Shown: in pieces, positions 27,289 to 40,080 of the stretch
How positions within the stretch are numbered: the first letter of the stretch is position 1
Layout: each line of letters opens with the position of its first letter
From: Heterodontus francisci
Lineage: Eukaryota
Reading direction: 5' to 3'
NCBI RefSeq assembly: GCF_036365525.1
Contig: NC_090382.1
Location: 63,195,487 to 63,259,486, forward strand
DNA: 64,000 nucleotides
Translations under genes and position numbers: made by a program
The notes under the pieces: generated by a model
The model's database searches: none
Told to the model about the DNA's origin: nothing
The model's input: the letters and a program-made list of their open reading frames with translations, nothing else

Positions 27289-29191
27289 AGATCAGGGAGA
27301 CTCGTGAAACCTCCCAACAGAATAAATCTGTGAAGCTAGAGACTTGGTGAGAGAAAGGGTAGTAGGTAAAGTCAAGAATGTATATATTTAAGAAGATGCA
27401 TGGGTAAAGACTTGTGGAGAGATATAGTATAAGAACCTGAAAGGGTTAATGTTGGAGACAATGAGAACAACCCCTCCCACTGTAGTGATGATGATGTAAC
27501 AGTCACATGGTAATGGGTTTTGGAAGGGAGTGTAGCAGCATGAAGGATGCCAGCTAGAGAGGCTTGAGGAGAGTGTAAATAGAGATGTGTAAATAAGTTA
27601 TTTGTGATGCTAATCCAGACTCGAGGCATTATCAATAACACCCTAGCTATACTACTATCACAACAACAACCCACAACAGCCTGGGATCCCAGTGATCCAT
27701 TGCTGTCTTCAATGCCACTTTGTAATCACTGAAAACATACAGTGCCTTTGCAACAGTGGATTAAGCATCTCCCACATAAAATGTAGCATTTCATCTGGTT
27801 GCTTGGCAACAGTTTTCAACTACCAGCTAAGGCTTGATTCTTAAAGTCTTCTCACTGGGAATCTGATCATCTTGCATATAGCATTTACAGTACAGAAACA
27901 AGTCATTCAGCCCAACTGTTCCATGCCAGTGATTATGCTCCAAACGAGCCACCTTGTTAAATGAAAAATGTTCAAATTGTGTTATTGGATGTTCCAGCAT
28001 AAATGTATGAAAGTACAAATACTGTGTTTCTGACTCCAAAAAGTCTGCATCACTTCTATTGAGACCCACACAAAATGGCAGGCCAGTGATTGAGGAAGAG
28101 TCAGCTCCACTGTAACCAGTGGAATCAATACAACACCCTGTAATCAAATGTCAGTCACATCATTATATGCATTGAAAGCATTTACATCTGCCTATTATTC
28201 AAGTTTTATACCCTGAGCTTAATAACATACCAGTAATTGCTGTGAGGACTACAAAGTCAAGTTATACCAGCTGGATAGACTGGTTGTCCAACTTCCAAGT
28301 AAACTCAGAGCACCACTGTGTATGTCCAAGCAAATATGTGATGGCAAATATGGACAACCTTATGAATGTATGGATATACCTAGATCTATAGGTACCACAG
28401 TATTCTCACTCTTAGGAAGATGGTGTACATAATGTTCATGTTCAGCATAACCTGGTCAGGTGGCATTATTCAACGTTCCTGACTCATGCTTGTTAGTCAT
28501 ATATAACAAGACCACAATGTTCTATTTGAAGATCTAACGGGTGACTGAAATGCACTCTTCTCATATTAATCATACTGTAGGAGTATAATATGAGTTTGAC
28601 CTTTCAAAATCTATTTAAATATTGCATTTTATGAATTAATAGAGGAGACATCTAGAATAAATTAATTTTCTTCATAATTTCATCATTCAGTATAAACTTT
28701 ATCATGTCTTCATTATGCTGCAGCAGCATAGGACAGAAAATCTATTAAAATATTACACAAAAGAACATTATAAGCGACAGGCACTCTTCAGCTTACAACA
28801 AATTTTGCACAATTACTCTGATAATTTGTTTTATTGAATAGTGAAGTTATGTTTTAAATTTGATTAAATTTGCCTAGGTATATTTCAGTTATAGAGTACA
28901 AATTAGTTTGGCAGCTGTTCTACTCCAAATTACACTGCCCCCGGATACTTATAGTTCAAGTCTTACATTTGTGTTGAAGATTTAATAACATCATAACCCA
29001 GACACTACTGTTGACATTATGAATACTGCAAACCGTGACACACTCGGCCACATGATTATAGAATCCAATATAATTAACACAGTGGATTATTCCTCATCTA
29101 AATATCCTATAATGTGCTTATTAAATGGCATAACACTGCAATTTTCATTTCACACCCACCCTCTACAGCAATACACACAGTTTCACAAGAT

Positions 29192-32100
29192 TTTTTTTTA
29201 TTCATTCATGGGATGTGGGAGTCACTGGCCAGGCCAGCATTTATTGCCCATCGCTAATTGCCCTTGAGAAGGTGGTGGTGAGCTGCCTTCTTGAACCGCT
29301 GCAGTCCATTTGGGGTAGGTATACCCACATTGCTGTTAGGAAGGGAGTTCCAGGATTTTGACCCAGCGACAGTGAAGGAACGGCAATATAGTTCCAAGTC
29401 AGGATGGTGTGTGACTTGGAGGGGAACTTGCAGGTGGTGGTGTTCCCATGTATTTGCTGCCCTTGTCCTTCTAGTTGGTAGAGGTCGCAGGTTTGGAAGG
29501 TGCTGTCTAAGGAGCCTTGGTGCGTTGCTGCAGTACACACTGCTGTCACTGTGCGTCGGTGGTGGAGGGAGTGAATGTTTGTGGATGGGGTGCCAATCAA
29601 GCGGGCTGCTTTGTCCTGGATGGTGTCGAGCTTCTTGAGTGTTGTTGGAGCTGTACCCATCCAGACAAGTGGAGAGCATTCCATCACACTCCTGACTTGT
29701 ACCTTGTAGATGGTGGACAGGCTTTGGGGAGTCAGGAGGTGAGTTACTCGCCTCTGATTCCTAGCCTCTGACCTGCTCTTGTAGCCAAGGTATTTATATG
29801 GCTACTCCAGTTCTGGTCAATGGTAGTCCCTAGAATGTTGATAGTGGGGGATTCAGCGATGGTAATGCTGTTGAATTTCAAGGGGAGATGGTTAGATTCT
29901 CTTTTGTTGGAGATGGTCATTGCCTGGCACTTGTGAGGCGCGAATGTTACTTGCCATTTATCAGCCCAAGCCTGGATATGGTCCAGGTCTTGCTGCATTT
30001 CTACATGGACTGCTTCAGTATCTGAGGAGTCACGAATGGTGCTGAACATTGTGCAATTATCAGTGGACATCCCCACTTCTGACCTTATGATTGAAGGAAG
30101 GTCATTGATGAAGCAGCTGAAGATGGTTGGGCCGAGGACACTACACTGAGGAACTCCTGTATTGATGTCCTGAAGCTCAGATGATTGACATCCAACAACC
30201 ACAACAATCTTCCTTTGCGCTAGGTATGACTCTAGCCAGCGGAGGGTTTTCCCCTGAATTCCCATTGACTTCAGTTTTACCAGGGCTCCTTGATGCCATA
30301 CTCGGTCAAATGCTGCCTTGATGTCAAGGGCATTCACTCTCACCTCACCTCTTGAGTTCAGCTCTTTTGTCCATGTTTGAACCAAGGCTGTAATGAGATC
30401 AGGAGCTGAGTGGCCCTGGCGGAACCCAAACTGAGCATCACTGAGCAGGTTATTACTAAGCAAGTGCCGCTTGATGGCATTGTTGATGACACCTTCCATC
30501 ACTTTACTGATGATTGAGAGTAGGCTGATGGGGCGGTAATTGGCCGGGTTGGACTTGTCCTGCTTTTTGTGTATAGGACATACCTGGGCAATTTTCCACA
30601 TTGCAGGGTAGATGCCAGTGTTGTAGCTGTACTGGAACAGCTTGGCTAGGGGCGCGGCAAGTTCTGGAGCACAGGTCTTCAGTACTATTGCCGGAATATT
30701 GTCAGGGCCCATAGCTTTTGCAGTATCCAGTGTCCTCAGTCGTTTCTTGATATCACGCGGAGTGAATCGCATTGGCTGAAGTCTGGCATCTGTGATGCTG
30801 GGGATTTCAGGAGGAGGCCGAGATGGATCATCAACTCGACACTTCTGGCTAAAGATTGTTGCAAATGCTTCAGCCTTATCTTTCGCACTGATGTGCTGGG
30901 CTCCCCCATCATTGAGGATGAGGATATTTGTGGAGCCATCTCCTCCAGTTAGTTGTTCAATTGTCCACCACCATTCACGGCTGGATGTGGCAGGACTGCA
31001 GAGCTTAGATCTGATCCTATGGTTTTGGGATCGTTTGCTCTGTCTAGCGCATGCTGCTTACGCAGTTTGGCACACAGATAATCCTGTGTTGTAGCTCCAC
31101 CAGGTTGACACCTCATTTTGAGGTATGCCTGGTGCTGCTCCTGGCATGCCTTCCTGCACTCTTCATTGAACCAGGGTTGGTCTCCTGGCTTGATGGTAAT
31201 GGTAGACTGGGGGATATGCCAGGCCATGAGGTTACGGATTGTGGTTGAGTACAATTCTGCTGCTGCTGATGGCCCACAGCGCCTCATAGATGCCCAGTTT
31301 TGCATTGCTAGATCTGTTCGAAATCTATCCCATTTAGCACGGTGATAGTGCCACACAACACGATGGCCGGTATCCTCAATGTGAAGGCGGGACTTCGTCT
31401 CCACAAGAACTGTGCGGTGGTCACTCCTACCAATATAGTCATGGACAGAAGCATCTGCAGCAGGCAGATTGGTGAGGACGAGGTCAAGTATGTTTTCCCC
31501 TCATGTTGGTTCCCCCACCACCTGCCGTAGACCCAGTCTAGCAGCCATGTCCTTTAGGACTCGGCCAGCTCGGTCGGTAGTGGTGCTACCGAGCCAATCT
31601 TGGTGATGGACATTGAAGTCCCCCACCCAGAGTACATTTTGTGCCCTTGCCACCCTCAGTGCTTCCTCCAAGTGGTGTTCAACATGGAGGAGTACTGAGT
31701 CATCAGCTGAGGGAGGGCGGTAGGTGGTAATCAGTAGGAGGTTACCTTGCCCATGTTTGACCTGATGTCATGAGACTTCATGGGGTCCAGTGTCGATGTT
31801 GAGGACTCCAAAGGCAACTCCCTCCCTACTGTATACCACTGTGCCACCAACTCTGGTAGGTCTGTCCTGCCGGTGGGACAGGACATACCCGGGGATGGTG
31901 ATGGCAGTGTCTGGGACGTTGTCTGCAAGGTATGATTCTGTGAGTATGACTATGTCAGGCTGTTGCTTGACTAGTCTGTGGGATAGCTCTCCCAACTTTG
32001 GCACAAGCCCCCAGATGTTAGTAAGGAGGACTTTGCAGGGTCGACAGGGCTGGGTTTGCCGTTGTCGTTTCTGGTGCCTAGGTCGATGCTGGGTGGTCTG

Positions 32101-32393
32101 TCCGGTTTCATTCCTTTTTATTGACTTCATAGGTCTGGAGTCACATGTAGGCCAGACCAGGTAAGGACAGCAGATTTCCTTCCCTAAAGGACATTAGTGA
32201 ACCAGATGGGTTTTTGCAACAATCGACAATGGTTTCTTGCCCAATATTAGACTAGCTTTTAATTCCTGATTTATTAATTAAATTCAAATTCCACCTTCTG
32301 CTGTGGTGGGATTCGAACCCATGTCCGCAGAGAAATACCCTGGGTCTCTGGGTTACTAGTCCAGTGGTAATACCACTACGCCACCGCCTACCC
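29192..32393 (-). mobile_element. Near full-length single-ORF (APE-RT) CR1-group LINE with a tRNA-derived 5' head
   Basis: TSD CAAGAT at 29186-29191 and 32394-32399. A box TGGCGTAGTGG 32373-32383 and B box GGTTCGAATCC 32309-32319. APE (LTNIWGL, VILTESYL, GDFNVH) and RT (MGPDNIP, NYRPISLL, LDIKAAFDRVWH, SVLGP), then an ATGAATGAAT(A)n tail. The ORF is broken by frameshifts. Confidence 0.93.
32305..32390 (-). promoter_or_regulatory. Type-2 Pol III internal promoter (A and B boxes) in the LINE head
   Basis: TGGCGTAGTGG, then a CTGGA-CTAGTAA-CCCAG anticodon-like arm, a long variable-arm-like segment, and GGTTCGAATCC. Confidence 0.75.
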
Positions 32394-32761
32394 CAAGATG
32401 CAAATCGTTATTGTTCAACTGCATCTGGATCTCATCGTGCCCGTGATCTGCCTTTGTCTGAGGGAAGAGAGTTCATGGAATGGAATGAATTCCCATGACA
32501 GTGTTCTTATTTATTATGGGGTTTGAGCTTTGAGCTGGACCAATCTGTTTGTGGTCTACTCGTGTGTGGATGGCTGCTGGGATACTTATGCATAATCTTC
32601 TGGTTTTCCTGGTACTACCAGATGAATTCAGATTTTTCGAAGCACTTTTACCTTGATGGGATACAATCAACAGCTAATGTCATTTCTTCACCAACAACAG
32701 TCCTTCTAAGTATAAACATCCTAGCTTCCTGAGTACCAACAGCAATGCAGACTCAAGATTT

Positions 32762-32851
32762 TCATAAGAACATAAGAAACAGGAGCAGAAATAGGCCTTA
32801 CGGCCCCTCGGGTCTGCTCCACCATTCAATAGGATCATGGCTGATCTGATC
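32762..32851 (-). mobile_element. CR1 3' tail fragment
   Basis: Its reverse complement matches 3593-3686 (AGATCAGCCATGATC...CTGCTCCT..TTCTTATGTTCTTATG). Confidence 0.85.
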
Positions 32852-33059
32852 TGGAGTCTTCTGATATGCATCCTACTATCCTACTAAACCTGCTGAGCCT
32901 ACTGGTACCATTGCTCAGCTTGATGTAACAGGACTGCCCTGAACTTTCAACATGAATCTCCATTTTCTGATTAGTCTGTCCTATCTTAAAAGAAGACTGA
33001 CCAGCTTTAGTAGTCAGCATTCTTCCACGACAAGCCCACCAGACAACTCAGTTTAGCAT

Positions 33060-35230
33060 ATAGCTTTTTGTAGAAATGTTCCTCACCAACAAGTGTGTCC
33101 TTTTCTCTGTGTGAGTGTTGTGTGCCAGCATGTAGCGCCAATGTCACATCCCTTTGCACCGTTGGCCCTTCAGGAGAGCCAACATATGCAATAACAGCAT
33201 TGCCATGCCATCATTACTCATAAGTGTCTCAATGACATTGACATGGGCTCAGTCAGCTGCTGCCTCTAATGGTTTACACAGGGATGCTGCAGATGTAGAC
33301 TGGTGCACAGTAAGTGAGCAAGGGTGATGTGTGGTTTGTCTGATAAGCCACTTCCGTACTTCCCAACCTCACTGCTAGCCCTCCGTGTAGAGCCTGAGTG
33401 CCATCAGCCCTCCCATGCATCTTTCATGTTGTAGGTCCTCAGCATCCTCATAGCCCGAGGAGGAATCCTGTTGATGTCTCTCCTCATCATGCCAGGCCTG
33501 GCCCCTATTGGGTGCGTAGTTGTGCAGAGCAGCAAAGAAAGAAGCTGGCATTTTCGGCCCGTAGTACAGGGCATCACCCTATTCATACAGGCATTGGAGG
33601 TACACTTTCAGCATGCTGATCTCCTGCTCAATGGTGGCTCATGTAGCTCGGTGGCTGGCATTGTATCTCTCCTCTGCAGCAGTGGTGGAGTCCCTCACTG
33701 GTGTCGGAAGCCATGTCTGCAAAGGATAGCCCTTATCCCAAAAAGCCACCTCTCCATCTGAGCCAGTTCAGTGAACAGCGGTGGCAGCCGGGACTGGTGC
33801 AAGACCCAGGTGTCATGGCACCTGCCTGAGAAGCGGTCACACATTCGCTGCAAGCATCTGCAATGTTCACATGCCAGCTTCACCTCGATTGAGAGAGCTC
33901 CTTTAATGATGATGTTTGCAGGTGGTAGCCTGGCAGTAAGCCTGATGGGCACATGAGTGCGGTCTATGAACATTGCAATCTATGGTTCTCTGGCAATTGT
34001 GCCAGACCCAATGGCCCTCTGGGCCTCACTCTGAGAGGCCGACCTGAAGTGGACATCCTCACTGGTGACCTACCTGATGCAGCTGTGCACTGCTGATTGT
34101 GTGACCCCACAAAGGTCTCTGGTGGGCCCCTAAAAGGCTGCAGAGGTATCAGGCTTGAGAACCGCTGCTACTATGAGGAACAAAGGCATGGGATGTCAAC
34201 TGGAGCCCATGGGCTGCAGGGCAAAAAAACGTGTCACCACCCTCTCTATATGTGCAATCTCCTCAGACACTGGTGCTCTGACATCCGATGGCATGTCATG
34301 TGGGGCCTGTAGATGTACAGCAATCATAATGGCGAGCTTCCCTTGGGGGCTGCTGCTCACAACCAGGGACCTCTATGTGGATCGCACTAGCCTGTTGGCA
34401 TTGCCTCTGGTGCATACGGATCCTCACGTGCAGAGGATTACACAATGTAGGATGAACCACATCTATTTCCATGTGATAAATAAAGTTAAACTGCAAGTAT
34501 TCGAAGGTTCCCAACAGATTAGATTGGTGCTGATGGGTACAAGAGAGCTTTCCTGGATCACCTATGTGGCATGCCATGGCATTACCCATCTTGGCCAACA
34601 CTCAGAGTGCACAGCATGACCACATCAAGATCCTACCAGCTGAATCGATGGCCCCCTCCATCCATAAAACCTTAATGCTCCCGCCCTTTCTGGCACTCTC
34701 CCCACACACAGGGTGCCTAGTGTGCCATTGCCCCCTCACAAACACAGAGCGTACACTGTAAATGGAGGGATGGTACATGGTACCACCCTTCATGTCAGTA
34801 CAGCTTTCCCTCCAGTAATCCCAGACCCCCTCCCTTTCAGAATGCTGAGTTAGATCCTTGCATATCCCATCCTCCTCCCTTTAAGCATGCAGAGTTAGAC
34901 CCCTGCATATCCCCCCCCTTTAAAAATGCAGAATTAGACCCTAGTATATCCCCTCCCGACTCCCTTCCATGATACAGAGTGATAGCCGCCCATTCAACGA
35001 AAAATCCGGCAGTGTCGGTGCAGAGTCAACGGGCTGCATAATCATTACCATATGTTAATTGTGGTACCGCTGCCGTGTGGCGGGGGATCGCACCGAGGTC
35101 CCACCACTGCCAGTAATATGCGGTGGGCCCTTCTCGACGTCGCGGGTTGAGGCGGGTCTCTCCTCGCAGTATTTTACCGGCCCCTCAACGCCGCGGGTCA
35201 CAGCGTCGAGGGGCCAGTAAAATTCAGCCC
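33060..35230 (-). mobile_element. Decayed PIF/Harbinger transposase element
   Basis: Minus-strand FIDRTHV...RFSGRCHDTWVLHQS...WLFGI resembles the HARBI1-type DDE (IDCTHV, PGS.HD, WLLGD). TIR AAAATTCAGCCC ends at 35230. Confidence 0.8.
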
Positions 35231-35239
35231 GATGACTCT

Positions 35240-35625
35240 ATGACTCATCAGTTGTTAGGACCAAAACTAGATGCAACATATTTGTTGCAGATGCACCAAA
35301 CTATTGTATAACCTTCGTACTCTTAGTTTAGGACTGTATTGATCTAACAATATTTCCAATCTTTAATGAATGATCAATGATTACTTCAAATGCCTTTCCT
35401 GTTCACTTACTTTTAATGGGTAATCATGCATTGAGTATAGATGACTTGAGCTGCCAGGTCGCATAATATAGCATTTATTCACCTTAAATTACATCTGACA
35501 TTTGTGAATCCATTCACTTAACTGCTCTAAATCAACTTGCAACCTATTAATCTCCTTATTATCATAGCTTGCACACATCATCTTCATATTTTTGTACAAT
35601 TTAGCACTAATATGCAGCATCACTA
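35240..35625 (-). mobile_element. Ancient CR1/L2-like RT fragment
   Basis: Minus strand reads KLYK...EINRLQVDLEQLSEWIHKCQM*FKVNKC. Confidence 0.65.
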
Positions 35626-36019
35626 AAAAGCCACATTAATAGATGCACTGGGACTTTGAAAAGTCACTTACTGTTGTATGATCTGGGCGAAAGCACATTG
35701 TGGAAAAGAATAGTGAAAACTTTATCCACATGCTCCCTATGCTGTGAGAATGGTGGACAATAACACTGGGTGTAGAAAGTGGAACAATGTTCTGCTCTCT
35801 GGCAATAAAAACATGAAATTGACAGGTGAGAAAAGACCAGCTGGTCCATCATGCTTACCCCACACCATGATGGCTGGACCAGCATGACAAAAATTTGTTC
35901 CCACACCCTAAAGTCCCAGTCACCCCCGTAGCCATGTTATCGCCTGGGAGAGACATGGAAATTTCACATTGATGACCACAAAAAAAACAGCAATCTTTGA
36001 AATGGTGTGCTCTATATAG

Positions 36020-36571
36020 GGGCTGGATTTTGTTCTCATCCCAGCGATGGGTTTTATGGTGGGTGGGTGTGGGGGTGTGGTTGGTGGCTGGAGAATTGGG
36101 ACAGTGCGAGGAGGATGCCTAGTAAAACAAGGCGCAGTCCATCAGAGCTTCTGGGGGTGCCTCCTTCGTGGGCAATTTGTGGCCCATGGAGGACCACCAC
36201 CTGGAACAACTGTGCCCCCCATACCAACCTCCTCCCCCTGGACTGAATGTCCATTCCCCCATCGCTCCTCACCGGGCCTTTAGGACTGGCCCCAACGACC
36301 CCACCTCACCTATCACTTCTCTGGGCCTCCAGTGCTGGCAGTGGCCACTGCTCCCAGTTGCACTGCCGATACTGCTGAGCTGCCAGCCCCGTGATTATCG
36401 GGATCCCCGTCTCTATGCAGTCTTTAAAGAGATGGGGATCCCACCTCCTTAAACCTTGACAACAAAAGACTGGAGGATCACTCCAGGGGGCTGAAAAAAT
36501 GCAGAGGTGGGGTTTCCCCCGCCTTTTTGGCCCCTCGCCAGGAGTCCCACTTCCTGCATAAAATCCAGCCC
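36020..36571. mobile_element. Harbinger-type MITE
   Basis: Perfect 12-bp TIR GGGCTGGATTTT / AAAATCCAGCCC, and the interior is similar to 43892-44664. Confidence 0.9.
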
Positions 36572-36579
36572 TCGGTCTC

Positions 36580-38290
36580 ATCCATGGCTCAGTGGTAGTA
36601 CTCTCACCTCTGAGTCAGAAGATTGTTAGTATAAGTCTCACTCCAGAGATGTGAGCACAAAATGCAAGCTGACACTTCAATGTTGTACTGAACGAATGCT
36701 GCATTGTCAGAAGTGCTAATTGTGTATCTCATTGTCTTGGGCTGTTTGTGAGATCAGCACACAATAAGTTAACCAGCTTTCAGCTTTGCTGAACACGTAA
36801 GCTTTTTGAAGTAAAAAGGAATGTGGAAGGTCATTCATCCATGTCTTGATGGCCTGGGACAAGTTTGTCTGGCCACTGTGTTCTCAGTAATAGAGTGATC
36901 ACAGAGTTTAAGTGGACCATATAATCATGGTAATAGAATGATTAAGAGAGGTTGAGATGGGCTAAGTGCGCCTTGTTGTCTCCATGTTATTAGTCTGATG
37001 TCACATTGTTTGTCTTTTGATATATTGTGCTTCAATGGTAGTATGCACGAAATGAAAAGATCAAAGATAGAATTGGTATAAGAGTTTTGAGCGAATCACT
37101 GTATGCTATAGTGAATTGTGGCGGATGATGTACCGGTGTTCTTGTAGTGAATTGTGAACGAAATAAAGAATTGTGTAATCATATTCGAGTTTTGTAGTAT
37201 TATTCACCCGAGTACTCATGTTGGATCGTGTAACATGAGCTCATTAAAGACCTGATTCTGTGGTTATCACAACTGATGTCTGTGACCTCTAGTGTTTAAA
37301 GTAACAATAATGAAATAGAACAGAAAAGCAGTCCCAACACTAACTTTCAGATTAGACATGAAATTAGGTCCCTTCTGCTCTCAGGTGAATCTAAAAGAGC
37401 CAACTGCATTGTTCAAACAGAAATTGGATAGATACTTGAAAAAGGAACATTTGCAGTGATATAGAGAAAGAGCAGGGATATGGGATTAATTGACTAGCTC
37501 TTTCAAAGAGCACAGACACAATGTGCAAAATTTTAATGAAACCGACCCAATCGCAGTAGGGGGCCAGGGGTCGGGGGCTGTGACGGCAGCTGGTTGGGAA
37601 CCTGATTGTTGCTGCAGAAGGCTTTGCCGTGGCTGTTTACCTCACGTATGGCATTAGCATCCGCTTCCAGGTTCCTGGCCAACCACAGAGTGTGGGCTTG
37701 ATGACGACTGGCACCTGTCAATGGAAAGATAGCCAGTTAAAGGTATCTGGTAAGGATCAGAGTAATACTGATTCTTGAGGCTTCAGCACCACAGGAATGG
37801 AAGCAGACATGGTGTGCTCTTGCCTTGTTGATCCTCATGAGTTCCACACTGCTCAGAAAACACATGCGCTGGCTGTTAAAGCCAGAAGGCAGGGTTAAAG
37901 GAACAACTAATCAGCTATTTACATAATGAAATTAAAGAACCAACATCTCCACAGGGGTTTCATTCACACCTATAAATGCACTCTGGTAAAAGTCAGAAGT
38001 TAGCTATTTCATGCCAGGTTTTCAACACACCAGCATTTATGGGGATTTAATCCCCTGCCCGCATCTGAACCCTTGGCCTCCTCTGTGCTGTATGATTTTA
38101 TTCGAGAAGAGCAGGGAGTTCTACATGGTGGACAGGCCTATATTTATTCATCCCTCAACCAACATCACTAAAACAAAGTAACTTGTCATTATCTTGTTGT
38201 TATGGGATCATGCAATGCACAAATTGGCTGTCAAGGTTTCAACACTACAAAAGTAATTATACTTCAAAAAATACTTAACTGGCTGCAAAT
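36580..38290 (+). mobile_element. Deu-domain SINE broken into three pieces by later insertions
   Basis: The tRNA-like head (TGGCTCAGTGG...CTCTGAGTCAGAAG) is at 36585-36716, the middle (CTCTCAGGTGAATCTAAAAGA) at ~37345-37415, and the 3' part (GAAGAGCAGGGAGTTCT...CACAAATTGGCTG...ACTTCAAAA) at ~38100-38290. Confidence 0.7.
36743..37235 (+). mobile_element. Probable solo LTR
   Basis: TGTT...AACA termini, AATAAA at ~37162 and a near TSD TGGGC/TGAGC. Confidence 0.55.
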
Positions 38291-39726
38291 CAGATCCCAG
38301 TTTCAAATCTTAGTAGGTACTAAGTGAACCAAACTCAGCTGCAAGTGGGTGGAGGTATCTGAATTGATCTCATTATGCCTCACTAGGGAGGGGAAGAGCA
38401 GTTATGGAACCCACTTTTGTTTAATATTTGATGATTTCCTACTGAGTAGCACACATACATGAATGTCAGTTAAGGTTGACATTGCTTATGACCCCCTGGT
38501 GAAATATCCATCATACACCAAAGGAGGAAATTTAACCTGCGGGTTACCGGGGGCAGGGATCTGTGCAGATGGCAGGTTAAAAGAACAAAAAAGCCAGCGT
38601 GTCGGCAAGCTGACAGGAACCGGTCGATTTTTGCATTTAACTCGAGTGCATTTGTAAGCACGTAGGAAACCCTAATGGGACAACCGTGTCTGACGTTTGA
38701 ATATGTTAAAATGCAATTGACATAATATCATACCTAGGAACTGCATGGGTGAGAACAGCAAGGTGTAGAAATAAATGGAAAGGGCATAAGGAGGGCTACA
38801 TTCAACAGTGGATGAACACAGCCTAAATGATGGTGAACAAAAGGCAGTTGAGTGGAGTTTTAACCCTATATTCAGTCTTCAACTCTCAGCATAAGGCTTT
38901 CCTGGAACTCGTCAGGTAAAACAAGGCGTGAGAACAGCGGAGATTGACAGGGTTGGAGAATTGACAAACTGGAAAGGCTTTACTTACTGGGAGATGGCAA
39001 CTGCTTCTTTGCCTTTGAGCAAAAGCCTGAGAATGTGCTTTCACTGCTTTGGAGGTGATTTCCAAGACTTGAGATCATTTCTACTACCTTGGGAGTTTTT
39101 TTCCTTTGATCTGCACTAGCCAGCTGTCAGCCTTCTCTGCAGCATGGGAGCAGCTTATGCAGTGGGCCTTGAACCTCTGATGAGGAAAAAGAGGAACAGC
39201 ACTAGCAGGACCAGCAGCAGTCTTCTCCTCAACCACCTGCCACTCCATGGGACAGAAGGGATGCACAAAACTCTAACTTGCAGTATGCAATACCCCCAAC
39301 ATAGGCCATTCAGGCAGAGGATTATCTTTCTGCACTTGACTAAGCACCAGAGCCTCAGGCTTTCCCATCAGGTACTCACTGGCATTTGCAACCTTCTAGA
39401 AGAAGACCTCCTGCCACGTGGATCAGGTGGGTAAGCATTGCCAGTGACGGTCAAGGTCACCACAGCCCTGAATTTCTTCACCTAGAACTCCTTCCAGGGA
39501 ACTGCTGGTGACATCTATAGAATGTCACACTCTGCTGCCACTACCTAGGTCCATTTAGCTACTGATGAGTCCGGTCAGAATAGGAACATACAGGAACATG
39601 CAGGGATATAGGGAAAGATATTTATGTATGTCATATATATGTAGCGAGAATGCCTTCAGATTTACTGCTCTATCAGGACTCCGACAAGTACAGGGAGTCA
39701 TAGATTGCACACATGTGACCACTATT

Positions 39727-40080
39727 GGGCAGCACGGTGGCGCAGTGGTTAGCACCACAGCCTCACAGCTCCAGCGACCCAGGTTCAGTTCTCGGTACTG
39801 CCTGTGCGGAGTTTGCAAGTTCTCCCTGTGACTACGTAGGTTTTCGCCGGGTGCTCTGGTTTCCTCCCACAGCCAAAGACTTGCATGTTGATAGATAAAT
39901 TGGCTGTTGTAAATTGCCCCTAGTGCAGGTAGATGGTAGGAGAATAGCAGGGATGTGGTAGGGAATATGGGATTAATGTAGGATTAGTATAAAATGGGTG
40001 GTTGTTGGTCGGCACAGACTCAGTGGGCGGAAGGGCCTGTTTCTGTGCTGTATCTCTAAATAAATAAAAAATAAATAAAT
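39727..40080 (+). mobile_element. HE1-type V-SINE inserted in the Harbinger transposase
   Basis: It has the same head, V domain and tail as 11541-11896, ends in (TAAA)n, and interrupts the transposase just after IDCTHV. Confidence 0.92.

Larger units (their letters stand above)
16847..27678 (+). mobile_element. Gypsy LTR retrotransposon A with nested insertions
   Basis: The 5' LTR is 16847-17087 plus 19909-19940, followed by PBS TGGTGGCACC at 19941. gag starts at 21591 (WRKRFLQFRIA; Zn knuckle CQRCG..H...CP...CFNC), then protease FRLDTG (~22545) and RT (CVDLTQLNKA, LDDILMHG). A purine tract precedes the 3' LTR 27423-27678, which aligns with the 5' LTR. Confidence 0.88.
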
